Shown in pieces: positions 13,995 to 26,602 of a DNA stretch of 64,000 bases. The DNA lies in NCBI RefSeq assembly GCF_026571515.1, contig NW_026853242.1:124001-188000 (forward strand). The letters run 5' to 3'. The translations under genes were made by a program, and so were the position numbers. This DNA is from Ruditapes philippinarum (taxonomy: Eukaryota). The stretch's first letter is position 1, and each line of letters begins with the position of its first letter. The notes beneath the pieces are model-generated. The model worked only from the letters and a program-made list of their open reading frames with translations. It did not search any database and had not been told where the DNA came from.

Positions 13995-14512
13995 CAACTT
14001 GTCTATCTTCCATAAATGTCAAACCCCATGCAGGGACGTAGACATGTCTGCTCGTCAAAATTGCAAGCAAAGTGAAAAATATTAGTTTAAAAAAAGGATG
14101 AAAGATGAATAATAAAAATATTAAAATAGGGGGCTGGAAAACTAGGTTGAGACATTTTCAATGCAAGCTATGGCTGCACTGAACTTTCCTGGGGTAGGGA
14201 GTAGGGCAACTACAGGGGGTAGGTGGGCCCAGTTGTATACCGTCCACTGAAAGAAGAAGAATTTATGATAGTCTGAAGTTGCAGGGAATAACACAGGGGA
14301 TGGTCATGGCATGATATAAGGGTGAGGGGTGTCACATATAAAATGACATATTCTATGGGGATAGCAACCAGACCATGGTGAATCTTAATTCTTATAGAAA
14401 AGGGATAACCTAGCATCTGTATGTCTGAGTTCCAGTTTTTGAATCTGAAGGGAGTGAAGCATGTTTGTGACACTAGAGGTTTGACCATATTCTAACTTGA
14501 TCCATCGGGCTG
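13995..14512 (-). mobile_element. Degenerate CR1/L2-group LINE 3' fragment
   Basis: Frameshifted translation gives TARWIKLEYGQTSSVTNMLHSLQIQKLELRHTDARLSLFYK / KIHHGLVAIP / DYHKFFFFQWTVYNWAHLP. The tail (ATGTCAAACCCC..GGGACGTAGACATG on +) recurs at about 12317-12347. Confidence 0.7.
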
Positions 14513-15061
14513 TCAGTATACATTTAACTCTGCATTCACATGCAACAATATACATAAATACTTGTTGTAAAATAATTATTCTAATATGTGTGCCAGAAAG
14601 AAAATTTTAATTCCAAACATGTGGAATAAAAATGTTGGGGCAATTAAGATTGGAGCAATTTGAGAAGCTTTTGAACCCATTTTTTTGTTTTGACGTTTTC
14701 ATAATAAAACAAGAACTTTTTGGATTTCAAATATGTGTCCTGAAAGTTGGGAAAAGGAAAATAATTCTTAGACAACTAATGCCGACCAAAATATTAAAAT
14801 GTATCATTTCTAATGCTTAATAATTATAAAGTAAGTTTGAAAGGATGTGTCTCAATTAAATTATTATCAGCTGTAACATTTAATATTTTCTGCTGTATGA
14901 CACAAGAACGGGTCAGACGTAGACAGAGTGTATATACATGTATATATACAATGACAGCTCTAATAAAAAGATATCTAAGTCTATGAGTGTGAAAAAATAT
15001 TGCTATTAACTCTTCTTATATTTCAGTGTATAAACAATGTGAAACCTTGACATAAAGTGCA

Positions 15062-18000
15062 ATGGCTCTCCCAGTGGCAGGAATTGTTTGTATCGTGCTA
15101 GCATGCTGGGTTGTTCTCGTCTTGGCTCTCTTTTGTTTGTACAGATTTTTGAAGGTTTGTATTTAACTCAATATTTTGTACTTTCTTGATAGTAAACAAT
15201 AATGCAATATTGCAAGAATACAAATGAACATTTTGCTGTCCTGATTTATATAAACTCTTAAATGCTGGCTGTGATAGGCATCTTAAATTTTCCCAAATGC
15301 TTTATATTTTTTCCCATTTTAAGCCAGGGGCTTTTTCCAAAACAAATGAAAAATATCCCGCATAAAAGAAAACCACCCCCTTGATGTGGCAGTGCAGGGA
15401 TATACAACAGGGCTCGAGCTAGTGGGCGATTCGGGCGAAATAGTCGCCGAATTCCGTCTGTCTTCGCCGACATCCTACATGAAAGCGAAGATGAAGTCGC
15501 CCGATTTTATTGATCCATTATTGAAAATTACCAACAATAACAATAACTGTGAATAACATGTTGTGTGTGTTTGCTTTGTTTACCCTCGCCGCCGGAAAAA
15601 GGGACTGTCATGCATCTCAATCAACGCGAAATGTCATTAATCCATTTGTTTACCAACATGTCATAAAAGTCTAATTAACAGACGCTCGAGGAACAATTAG
15701 ACTCCGCCCACGGCGAGATTACCGATACGTGCGAGAAACCAATCGTAATTCACGTTTTAATCGAGGCGACATTATTTAACCAATCATTAAATCGCTAACA
15801 TACAACTACCTGTAACAATTATTTATGATGGACGGATCAAACGTCAATTAAATTTTCACTATCGAATGATTGTTAGATTTAAGAGGACCGCTCGACATGT
15901 AACGGTAATTTTAAATGGAAGTTATGATAACCTTTTTTGTCGACGAGTTAAATTTGATAAAATTAACGGCGTATTACACTGTATTTATTACAAATGAAGT
16001 TAAATTAAAGATAGTTTTCTTTACAACATAAGTGAATATGAATATAATGTCCGGCGCAAGCTTTTTAATAGTAAATCAGAAGGGAATAACAGTTAATCCA
16101 CCCATGATATGATCCATGATAGGAATCAACTATGGCTTTTTTTATCTTCATTTAATGCAATGGTTGCATTACATGATACTCATTCTTATTTCTTTTTTCA
16201 AACTACTTTTAAACAGAGACATAGATAACAATAGTTATAATAATAGCTATCTATGTCTCTGTTTGAAATTAAAATTGAATATTCTGTTGTAACACAAATC
16301 CAATTCATTTAATAAGATATGTACAGTGAGTCAACATAATTGCGATAACATACAACAAACATCGATAAATGAATCTCCTCACTTCTCTCTAAAGTCTCCC
16401 CACTTCTCCCTAAATCAGCTGGAGGGAGAAGTGACTTCTCCCTAAATTTTGAACCTAGCTTGAGCCCTGTACAATAAAATAAAAAACATCGTATTTTCCC
16501 CTACTATTCCTTGCACTGTTCTAGAGATGCCAGGGTGTGGATTAACAATGGACTGGTGTATTATGCATTATTTATATAACTTTTTACAGACTCGTGGGTC
16601 CTGTGACTGTGATTGTACTCCGTGTGGAACAGAGGGTGGTGAAAGCTGTCCATGTTGTAAAGCTGTGTCCGACTCGTGCGACTGTTGTAATCCTAGTCTA
16701 AATGGTTGTTTAAATTCTGTTTGTCCGAAAAAGGTATGAATAATTGTAATTTATAATTGTAATTTTTACGTTCATGTATGTGTGTGGATCTCTGTAATGT
16801 GAATAGATGTTAACCGGAACTCAGCAAATATGTGGGTTTTTCCCAGCTAATCTGTAGTTACATTGAACTTTTACTGTTATAGCTTCACGGTTCACTGTCG
16901 GTCACAATAGATTAGTCAACCTGTTGTACTTATTTTCGAAGTTGTAACTGTAAAAGTTTTTGTACCGACTGAATAGCTGGGAAAAAACCCAAATGTTCTT
17001 TATTTCGGAGTAAGTCTAATATTATAATTACACATACATTATAATTTTTATGTTATTTAACATAAATGTTTATTTTTTACCTATTTCATATTAATAATAC
17101 ATGTAGTACTGCATTAGTTAAAATGATAAATTAAACATTGAAAACAGTCAATTTTGTATTTTCAAGATTTTACATTGTTTTCCAAATCCCACTTTTGTGT
17201 TCAAGTCTTTTCTTTCTGACTTAGACGCCTTCCCCATATTTTTTGTAGAAAAATAATTGTCAGCCTACTTAACTCAATAGGGAGAGCATTGGCTTTGTTA
17301 TCTAGGGACCACTGTAACAAATTATAATAACAAATTTATAATGCTGTATAAATTTCTTTCTATGACTAAAACAAAAGAGTCATGAAATTATAGCAGCAGT
17401 GTATCTAAGTAATTTAACCATCGTGATTACCAATCAAAATTTAAGTTTCAAACATGCAGTTTGTCTACTAAATAGAGAATATTGAATAAGTGTAAGTTCA
17501 ATTCAGAATTTATTGAACGAATTGAATAAAATTATATTATGCGAGCCTCTGGGGTCATGATATTATTTTATTCAACAAGTGCAATAAATTAAGTAATGAA
17601 GCTACAAGAATTAAATATTCTATTTATCACTTAACAAAAATAGAACTGTTTTCTTTATAAATAAATCACTTTTTCACTGACGCATATTTAGTGTAACATT
17701 TACATTAAGCGTGTCTTTACATTATGTTTGTATGTCACAAATGAGGTCACATCAAAATATATGCATAGCTGTGCAATACTTTTTCACAGAGTCACAGAAG
17801 CGGCATGGGTATGTGATAAAAAGATAGATTTACCTCCCAATTATGTGGAACTCCTTGCATAGACAGAGACAATATTATGAATGTCTACATTAAGGTCGTT
17901 GACTTCAAACCACTTGCCCCTCACCTCTGTACAGGGACTTTGGATTCTTTCATGTGTGGAAGCTATCCAGCTAGCTTATGAAATGTCTGTGGTTCTACTC

Positions 18001-18167
18001 AGTCCCCATTCATACCTGAAATAATACACAGAAAGTGAGGTCTTCCTCCTACAGTAAAGCTGGAAACATTACTTTGTTCCATTTTATTTTAACAGAAAAT
18101 AAGTTGTGTAGATATAATACTGTGTCAGTGCTGTGCCGAACCTGGTCAAGATTCCTGCCTCGTTAAC
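15062..18167 (+). CDS. Uncharacterised single-pass Cys-rich membrane protein, shared exons (15062-15154, 16590-16733, 18096-18167; 103 aa)
   Basis: Acceptor at 15026, in-frame TAA at 15053 upstream of the ATG. All introns GT-AG, phase 0. MALPVAGIVCIVLACWVVLVLALFCLYRFLK | TRGSCDCDCTPCGTEGGESCPCCKAVSDSCDCCNPSLNGCLNSVCPKK | KISCVDIILCQCCAEPGQDSCLVN: N-terminal hydrophobic anchor, basic residues, then 17 Cys in 72 aa. Confidence 0.85.
15408..16469. mobile_element. Non-autonomous TIR DNA transposon, hAT5-like (5-bp TSD), intronic
   Basis: 15-bp TIR CAGGGCTC(G/A)AGCTAG, TSD TACAA (15403-15407, 16470-16474). Confidence 0.85.
17469..17630. repeat. Degenerate palindromic (foldback) element
   Basis: Imperfect arms (AAATAG..AATATT / AATATTCTATTT; TTGAATAAAAT / ATTTTATTCAA) around a GCGAGCCTCTGG core. 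Confidence 0.5.
17891..18067 (+). mobile_element. tRNA-derived SINE family A, truncated copy
   Basis: Shares GACTTCAAACCACTTGCCCCTCAC, GGAAGCTATCCAGCTAGCTTA and GAGGTCTTCCTCC with copies at 54665, 58039 and 63403. Confidence 0.8.
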
Positions 18168-19053
18168 GTAAGTAGAGCATTATTGTGCAGTACATATCAA
18201 CACCAATTTTGTTATCGTTATTTTTGAAGTTCTTTCCTTGTGTCTGTTTTGTCAGTGATTTTTTCATGGCACGTTACTGCATTTTATCATATCGAAAACT
18301 TGTTGTTACATTTTCAACAAAAATTTGATTAATGATCATTAAAAATTGAATAATTCTTTAAAAAGAATGACAAGAAGACAAATATTTGTATATACATAAG
18401 TGTTCAATATAATGTGCATTATTTGATGTCAAGGACAACATTTATTTGCTCTATTTCCTAATTAAAAAGTATTAAAGATAGAATATTGACTTCAGCATTT
18501 GTATTGAGTTATTTGTAATGATATAAGTTAAAAAGTTTCTTGTAATTTTTAATACATTAAAAGCTACACAAGATTGTTATTTATAAATATCATTTTACAT
18601 TTTTTGTATGTCTACATCATTCTTGATAGTAATATAAAGTTTAACATAATTGGTATCCATTTGTTGTGTTTTTTTTCCAATGGATACTAGTAAATTTAGA
18701 GTTATTTCCCTTTGTCAAAGAAATGTATGCAGATGGGCACTTAGTCTGCATGGAAAAATATGTATCATAAGAAAATTTGATAGAATAAAAATAAATTGAT
18801 TTTTTTAACTGAATGACTATACCATGGTAGTGTTTTTCTCCATTTTTACAAGATCTGCATGAATAAATTGTATGTGAACAAAGAGTGCATTTATGTCTTT
18901 TTTGATAAGCTTCTAGGCATAGAGGAACAATGCAGCTTAAATACCTCATAGGGCATGTTTTCTTAATGTCCCTGCATGGATTGATCAGCGGGCATTTTGT
19001 GTTTGTCCTGTTTGTTTGTATGTCCGTCTGTCATTTTGCAAGTGGGCAGCTGT

Positions 19054-19210
19054 AGCATTGGCCGTGATACCTGAATAATATATTATAAACTAGAGCTGTG
19101 TTAATAGCATTGGCCATGTTATCTGAATAATATATTATAAACTAGAGCTGTGTTAATAGCATTGGCCATGTTATCTGAATCATATATTATAAACTAGAGC
19201 GGTGTTAATA
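19054..19210. repeat. 52-bp tandem repeat x3 in a degenerate HINE-like remnant
   Basis: AGCATTGGCC..ATCTGAATAATATATTATAAACTAGAGCTGTGTTAAT at 19054, 19106, 19158. Confidence 0.85.
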
Positions 19211-20521
19211 AGACACGTCATTCTTCAGGACAATAATTTGATTTGAACATCTTAAAGTGTTACCTTGACCCCAAATGAATTTAATTTTCATAGTTAAAGT
19301 TTTTTAAATATAGGAAATTTTACCATAGCTATAGACAGGAGCTTCGTTATAAGAATAGATCTTATTAAGCTTCATGGAATTACATAATGGAATTATCTTA
19401 ACTAATAGAAATGTTCAATTCTATACAGTAACTCACTGGTTTCATTATGTTTTGAAGAACAATTGACATTTCTGAAAGTAAGAGAGTACATATGTGGTAG
19501 CTGGAAATGAATATAAAAGAAGTCACAAAAAGTATTTGGGTAGCCCGCTACATGTACATATTGTAGTGAAAATACCCTATGGCTTGGTCAAATTGAAACC
19601 CCTGTTTCTTCTGTCAATTATGACATTGTATTTTCCAAAAAATTAACGTAAATTTCGATAATAATCGAAAGTTAATTTTTCTTACATTTTGTAATTCATG
19701 ACATTACTGCACCACTGCACCTTCTATGAAAAAATCTTTGTAAAAAATCCCAAGTTTTTAAGAACAGATTTCTTATCTATCATATCACATAAACTCACTT
19801 CAAGTCATTTGCAAAATAAAACACTGATTCGCACAAGGTCTGTTTTTCACTGTATATGCACAGTTAAAAATGTTGTTTGAATATTGTAGAGCTTTTCCAG
19901 GCTTGCAACTGCATCATTCTGTTCTAAATCATAGCAATGTACATGTTTTAAATGTATGTTTATTGTTACTAAAGTACCAAGGTTTTTATTGTTACTGAAG
20001 TAAAACTGGGCTTGTATCCTTTACCACACTAAATAATGAATATCTTAGTATTAGTTATACAGATTTTGACAGGTTATGTGGCCAAATATAACTGGTTATG
20101 TGCTTAATATACAATCCAATCTGCTGCTAGAAAAAGGTTATATAACAAACCTGATTTCATATTTACATGTACAGCCATATTATCCATCAAAATATATGTA
20201 ATCTACAAAAGATCTCACTTCCAGAGATATACAAATGTTTAATACATGTTAACATGGCAAAATGAAATATACACATTTATCATTGCCAAATATATGCTAA
20301 AAGGTTTCTGTTGTTTAATTTAAATGACTCTGATCAAATTTACTTTTGATTTTTTTCCTGAAAACCATATATTTAATGAATTGCTGTATATACTTACATT
20401 AGCAAGGAATAACTAAACTTTAAAACTGGCATGTTTATTTTAATTTTCAGGGTATTTTTTTATCATTGTCAGATTAATTATTGCCTATGCATGCACTATT
20501 GTTTTTGTTTTATATGTCCAG

Positions 20522-20572
20522 TTGTGTAAAGACTGTGGAACGCTGCAAAATCAGCCGGTCACTGGACGGTAG
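20522..20572 (+). CDS. Candidate short alternative terminal exon A of the Cys-rich membrane protein (LCKDCGTLQNQPVTGR*)
   Basis: Acceptor GTTTTTGTTTTATATGTCCAG, phase 0, CxxC, TAG at 20570-20572, AATAAA at 20672. Confidence 0.5.
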   Translation: MCKDCGTLQNQPVTGR

Positions 20573-20732
20573 TTAGGGATGTCATCTTTTTAGAAGATTT
20601 ATAGTTTCATACACTCATGTGTTATATTACAAGTGTAAGTATGAAGAACTTCAACATTTCTTGTCATGCATAATAAAAAAGAGTTAAATGTCAAAATATT
20701 TGTGACATTTAGGAAAGGTTTTGACATTTAAC

Positions 20733-22033
20733 TTTTTATGCCCCCGCCATGTAATGGCCGGGGCATATAGTGTTACCCTGTTCCGTCCTTCCGTCCTTCC
20801 GTCATTCCGTCCTTCCGTCATTCCGTCATTCCGTCATTCTGTCATTCCGTCATCATCAGTTTCCGTTCATTATCTTAGTAACCGTTGCACATATTCAACT
20901 CAAATTTGACATATGGATATGTCATGAGAAAATACAGGTCAAGTTCGAATTTGGTCATGGTTCGATGATTTTTGGCAGAGTTATGCCCCTTTTACTTTGA
21001 AAATAATATGAAATTTTCAGTTTCCGTTCATTATCTCCCCAACGGTACAACACATTCAACTCAAATTTGACATATGGATATGTCATGAGAAAATACAGGT
21101 CAAGTTCGAATTTGGTCATGGTTCGATGATTTTTGGCAGAGTTATGCCCCTTTTACTTTGAAAGTAATATGAAATTTTCAGTTTCCGTTCATTATCTCCC
21201 CAACGGTACAACACATTCAACTCAAATTTGAGATATGGATATGTCATGAGAAAATACAGGTCAAGTTCGAATTTGGTCACGGTTTAACGATTTTTGGCAG
21301 AGTTATGCCCCTTTTACTTTGAAAATGATATGAAATTTTCAGTTTCTGTTCATTATCTCCCCAACGGTACAACACATTCAACTCAAATTTGACATATGGA
21401 TATTTTTTTGGAATGCCAAGGTCAAGTTCGAATTTGGTGATGGTTCAATAATTTTTGGCAGAGTAATGCCCTTTTCACTTTGAAAAAAATATGAAATTTA
21501 CAGTTTCTGTTCATTATCTACCCAACAGTGTTACATATTCAACTCAAATTTGAAATATGGATATGTCAAATGAATGGGCAGGTCAAGTTGGAATTTGGGT
21601 CATGGTTCGATGATTTTTTGGCAGAGTTATGTCCCTTTCACTTTGAAAAATAATATAGATACATCTTAGGAATAGGCAGTTTAAGTTTGAATTTGGTCGT
21701 GGTTCAATGATTTTGGACAAACTTATCTTTCTTGAATATTGGAAAAAATTTTGAACATTCAGATTCAGCACTCATACTTTTGTGGAAATGTATGTAGCCA
21801 TTATTTTGGCTACAAATATGAAATATGCTATTTTCAAAAGGTTAAGACTGAATAATTTCAGTGCTTTGAACATTGTATGAAAATGGTTTGTGTTAACATT
21901 GAAAAGTCTTAAGGGCTTTGAACTTAAAATGGAAACAATAATTTGTGCAAACAAATTTGGAACTAAATATAATAACATCTGAAATTTTGGCTGCATGCGG
22001 GGGCATCCGTGGCATGATGACACATTTCTAGTT
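20733..22033 (+). mobile_element. HINE (Helentron-associated) with five 161-bp satellite units
   Basis: SubTIRs ATGCCCCCGC (20738) / GCGGGGGCAT (21997), (TTCCGTCA)n microsatellite, units at 20857, 21018, 21179, 21340, 21501, terminal hairpin + CTAGTTT, T-rich site and no TSD. Sister copy at 47885-49630. Confidence 0.9.
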
Positions 22034-22234
22034 TTATATATATTTTCACATGCTATGATCATGCTTTGTGAGCAACAACAACAAGTGTACTAACAGTCTC
22101 AGTTATCTCCCTTTATATATCTGGATATTCATGGATACAAAATCATACAGAATTAACCCTTACAATGCTAAATTTATAATTATAATGGACTTTTATTGAT
22201 TTTATATCTCAACTGCTGACTTTTGATCTGCTGA

Positions 22235-22630
22235 ATTTGTGGTATGGATGAATGCCCTGCTTTGAATTCGGAATTGCCTAAGTTTAATGGATTTCAATAT
22301 AAATATCCTGCTTTAAATTTGGAATTGCCCAAGTTTGTGGTATTGATTTGCCCTGCTGTATATTTGGAATTGCCCAAGTTACAGGGATTTCAATATCAAA
22401 ATCCTGCATTGAGTTTGAAATTGCCCAAGTTTGTGGTATGAATGAATGCCCTGCTTTGAATTTGGAATTGCATTTCAATATCAAACTCCTGCTTTGGAAT
22501 TGGAATTGCCCAATTTTGTGGTATGGATGAATGCCCTGCTTTAAGTTTGGATTTGCCAAAGTTTAAGGAATTTCAATATCAAAAAGTTCTTTGGATTTGG
22601 AATTGCCCAAGTTTAAGGGATTTCAATACT
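22235..22630. repeat. Diverged tandem repeat (CCTGCTTTGAATTTGGAATTGCCCAAGTTT core, two alternating unit types)
   Basis: About eight GGAATTGCCCAAGTT-like cores, preceded alternately by GTGGTATGGATGAATG or GGATTTCAATATCAAA. Confidence 0.75.
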
Positions 22631-24087
22631 TAAATTGCTAAAATTTAATATTCTGACCATAATGCAGGGAGTGGTGTTGGTGGAAGAGATTTCTCTAAAT
22701 TGTTGTTCATTAATTGAACTATAAAATACAAATATATTTAGGTCACCTAATGCTAGTATTCTTCAGGCTGTGTTTCAGAGCAGTATATGTATATTTATAT
22801 CAGAACTTGATATTCTTTTATTAGAAAGAAACATGAGACATTTGAGACATTTAGGTGTATGATTTTATTTCTTTGAAATATCCAGATGACTTTCTATAAC
22901 TTGTTTAACTATGTGTTCAAAATAACCAATTATAAATTTTGTTCAAATCAAATTAGATTAAATTACTTTTTGTTCAAATTAAAAAAAAATCTTATAGTTT
23001 TAAAAAAAGTAGTAAATTTATAAATGATTTAAATACATTCTATTTGAACACATAGTTTAATTAAGTTATGTCACACCCGTTTTATTGATTGTTTGGTGTA
23101 AAGCAAATGTGACATTATGTAAATTAGACACAACATCAGATCCATATACTGTGACACTTTATCCTACATTGTAAAACACAATTTTCTTATCATTTTTCGA
23201 ATATATGTATTACTATTTATATCATGTATGCTAGAGCTTGTAGCTATTTATAGCATTTTTTTCTTTCGCTGCATGAATTATAAAACAACAGCACATTATG
23301 TATAGATCTTGTACTTATATCTGTATTAACAACAACACATTCTGTATATTTGTATTATCACTGATATATAACCAGCACAAATTTGGTTTTCTGTACACTT
23401 GTAAACCCCTAAAATGCTAGCAACTATAATGACTTGCCATTACCAGTTAAATACATAGCCAGGGTAGACTGTGTCTCTATCCCTAATATCTAGACTTGTC
23501 CATCATTCATTCTGGACAAAACCGTTTAAGGGAAAATTGTTATAAGAAGTATGGAATGAATAGTGAGCAGTGCAGACCAAACAGATGTGTGGGCTAATCT
23601 AGGTTCTGCACTGATCGCATGAGTAGAATGAGTTGCCGCAAGCAGGCTAATGGTTAAGCAGATTGGTGGAGATACGTAACTTGTGGCTTAAGAATAAATT
23701 GTCTTGTACAGTGGAACCTGTCTAATCTGAACTAGCCCAAACCAGAAGAAAAGTTTGGATTAGATAGGTTTCCAGACTACAATGGTTATTAATTGAAGAC
23801 AATCCCAGAATCTAAAAAAGATTAGGCTAAGTCTATTATACATATCTAGCAAAGTAAAGGCTTTTCTTTTATCACTTGTTCAGTGTCATTTAGTGGTTTT
23901 AATATCACCTGTTCAATGTTAATTAGAGTATAATTTTCTAAGTGTGTCAAAGGTTTAAGGTGGTTTCAAAATGTTTCAAATGACGTTTTTGTTTATATAT
24001 GGCTATAATATTGGTCGGGAACTTTTGTACTTTGTAGATAGATATATCCCTTTGTGTTCTTTGATCTTGAATTATAATATTATTTTA

Positions 24088-24288
24088 ACCGCCTCCGTGG
24101 TCGAGGGGTTAGAGTCGATGACTTCTCTGGCGTGGGTTCAATCCCCGGGATATGCTTTGGTAGTTTAGCGCGAAGGAAGGTAATCTAGTACTGGTGTAAC
24201 TCTCCAGGAACGATGGTTAGGAAACTACCCGCCTTTATGACTGAAATACTGTTGGGAAAAGGCGTAAAATGAAACAAACAAACAAACA
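24088..24288 (+). mobile_element. tRNA-derived SINE family B
   Basis: A-box-like GTGGTCGAGGGG, B-box-like GGTTCAATCCCC, tail GGCGTAAAA followed by (AAAC)n. Confidence 0.7.
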
Positions 24289-24340
24289 TAATAATATTTG
24301 GATATACATTACCAAACCGCAGGCTAATTTTTCAGACTTT

Positions 24341-24580
24341 CGGCCTCTGTGGTCAATGTTTAAGGTTGCTTACATTGAATCAATTTAGCCCTTCGCTGCT
24401 GTGGGTTTGAATCCAATGACTGACGATTAATTCATTATATCTAACAAGGAGTGGATGAGTCTGTTTCTAAGGTACCAATTTGTGCCTGAAAAAATGCACA
24501 GAGTGGCACTGAGGTCTTCCTCAAACAAAAAAGCTGAAAAAGTCGCTTTATGACCCTCACTGCGTCAGATTGACTTAAAA
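24341..24580 (+). mobile_element. SINE family A, diverged copy
   Basis: GTGGGTTTGAATCC B-box, TGCCTGAAAAAATGCAC..GGCACTGAGGTCTTCCTC, AAGTCGCTTTATGACC. Confidence 0.65.
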
Positions 24581-24939
24581 ATTCATGACCTTGAATAAAA
24601 TTTGAGTCATGATAGACTGTATAAGATTGTGGAATGTGAAGAAATTTTAAAATTCAGTTAGGCAGTCCTGATACTGAATCTTAATTGGTTTTGTTTTTTT
24701 GTGTGTTTAAAAAGGGGTCAATACATAACAAAACTTTCATTAAAATCCAAAAACCTTAATCTTATCTAAAACTATCCATGTTATATAAAACTTTGATAGC
24801 TTTCCATAATAGATCTCAGAGTAGAGAACAATATCATTCACATGTCTGTCTGTAACAATATGTACATGTAGCGTGTGCCGAGAAATGTATATACTCTCCC
24901 TTTTTCTATCTGAAACAAAATTACTAACTCATCTTAAAC

Positions 24940-26031
24940 CTGGTGTCAGTATTGTATGATATAGCTGATGTCAGTATTGTATCATACAGCTGGTGTCAGT
25001 ATTGTATCATACAACTGGTGTCAGTATTGTATCATACAACTTGTGTCAATATTGTATCATACAACTGGTGTCAGTATTGTATCATACAACTGGTGTCAAT
25101 ATTGTATCATACAACTGATGTCAGTATTGTATCATACAACTGGTGGCAGTATTGTATCATACAACTTGTGTCAATATTGTATCATACAACTGGTGTCAGT
25201 ATTGTATCATACAACTGGTGTCAATATTGTATCATACAACTGATGTCAGTATTGTATCATACAACTGGTGTCAGTATTGTATCATACAACTGGTGTCAGT
25301 ATTGTATCATACAACTGGTGTCAGTATTGTATCATACAGCTGGTGTCAGTATTGTATCATACAACTGGTGGCAGTATTGTATCTAACAGCTGGTGTCAGT
25401 ATTGTATCATACAACTGGTGTCAGTATTGTATCATACAGCGGGTGTCAGTATTGTATCATACAACTGGTGTCAGTATTGTATCATACAACTGGTGTCAGT
25501 ATTGTATCATACAACTGGTGTCAGTATTGTATCATACAACTGGTGTCAGTATTGTATCATACAGCTGGTGTCAGTATTGTATCATACAACTGGTGTCAGT
25601 ATTGTATCATACAACTGGTGTCAATATTGTATCATACAACTGGTGCCGGTATTGTATCATACAACTGGTGTCAGTATTGTATCATACAACTGGTGTCAGT
25701 ATTGTATCATACAACTGGTGCCAGTATTGTGTCATACAACTGGTGCCAGTATTGTATCATACAACTGGTGCCGGTATTGTATCATACAACTTGTGGCAGT
25801 ATTGTATCATACAACTGGTGTCAGTATTGTATCATACAAACTGGTGCCAGTATTGTATCATACAGCGGGTGTCAGTATTGTATCATACAACTGGTGCCAG
25901 TATTGTATCATACAACCTGGTGTAAGTATTGTATCATACAACTTGTGGCAGTATTGTATCATACAACTGGTGTCTGTATTGTATCACACAGCTGGTGTCA
26001 GTATTGTATCATACAACTGGGGGCAGTATTG
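24940..26031. repeat. 25-bp minisatellite, about 43 copies (ACTGGTGTCAGTATTGTATCATACA)
   Basis: Directly visible head-to-tail array with few variants, intronic. Confidence 0.98.
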
Positions 26032-26602
26032 GAAATATATGAGTGTATGTTACTATAAATCTATATTCATTTTTTTTTCATTGTAACTTTTGAAACATTT
26101 TGAAACCACTATACACACTGATATATTATTTTTATCCTTTTTTTGGCATGGTGTTTAATGTGGAGTTTATAATATGTGTATGTGTTTTGTAACCTCTGTG
26201 TTTTAATTACCATTATATGGCTTATATGATACCTTTGATATTTCTTTACAAGAACAGAGCCAGTCTATTGTCCAACTTTAGTCTTTATTGGTAATGTCCA
26301 TTGAATGTCATTTAGATTCTTTATGTACTAGTTATGTAATTCAACATCTGTGCTTCAATTATAATATGGTTCCCACCTCCATATCCCTTGTGATTCATCT
26401 GATTCCCTAGTAGGGCATCCATGGTTGTTGGACTTTGAGGTGGTCATTTTGGTTTTATCACATACAATGGTATTTTCTATATTTTAAAGTGGCTCAAAAT
26501 GCATTTTATTTAGCCTCCAGCTGTCTTGTCTTAACCTCATCCCTTGCTTTATATGAGAATCACCCGAGTTCTTCCTGCACCTGTTAGGCTGACAAGTCAA
26601 AC

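Noticed and set aside
16527-16739. Stand-alone metallothionein gene
   Set aside because: The Cys-rich part is bounded by AG (16589) and GT (16734) and joins in phase to a TM exon and a further Cys exon.
20857-21700. Regular 161-bp array (also 47968-49250, 8060-8720, 9785-10235) as CRISPR-like
   Set aside because: Whole units repeat with no unique spacers, no cas genes, eukaryotic context; these are HINE-borne satellites.
24943-26086. Five overlapping ORFs up to 272 aa
   Set aside because: Products of a 25-bp minisatellite whose consensus lacks stops; same peptide in all frames, no splice support.
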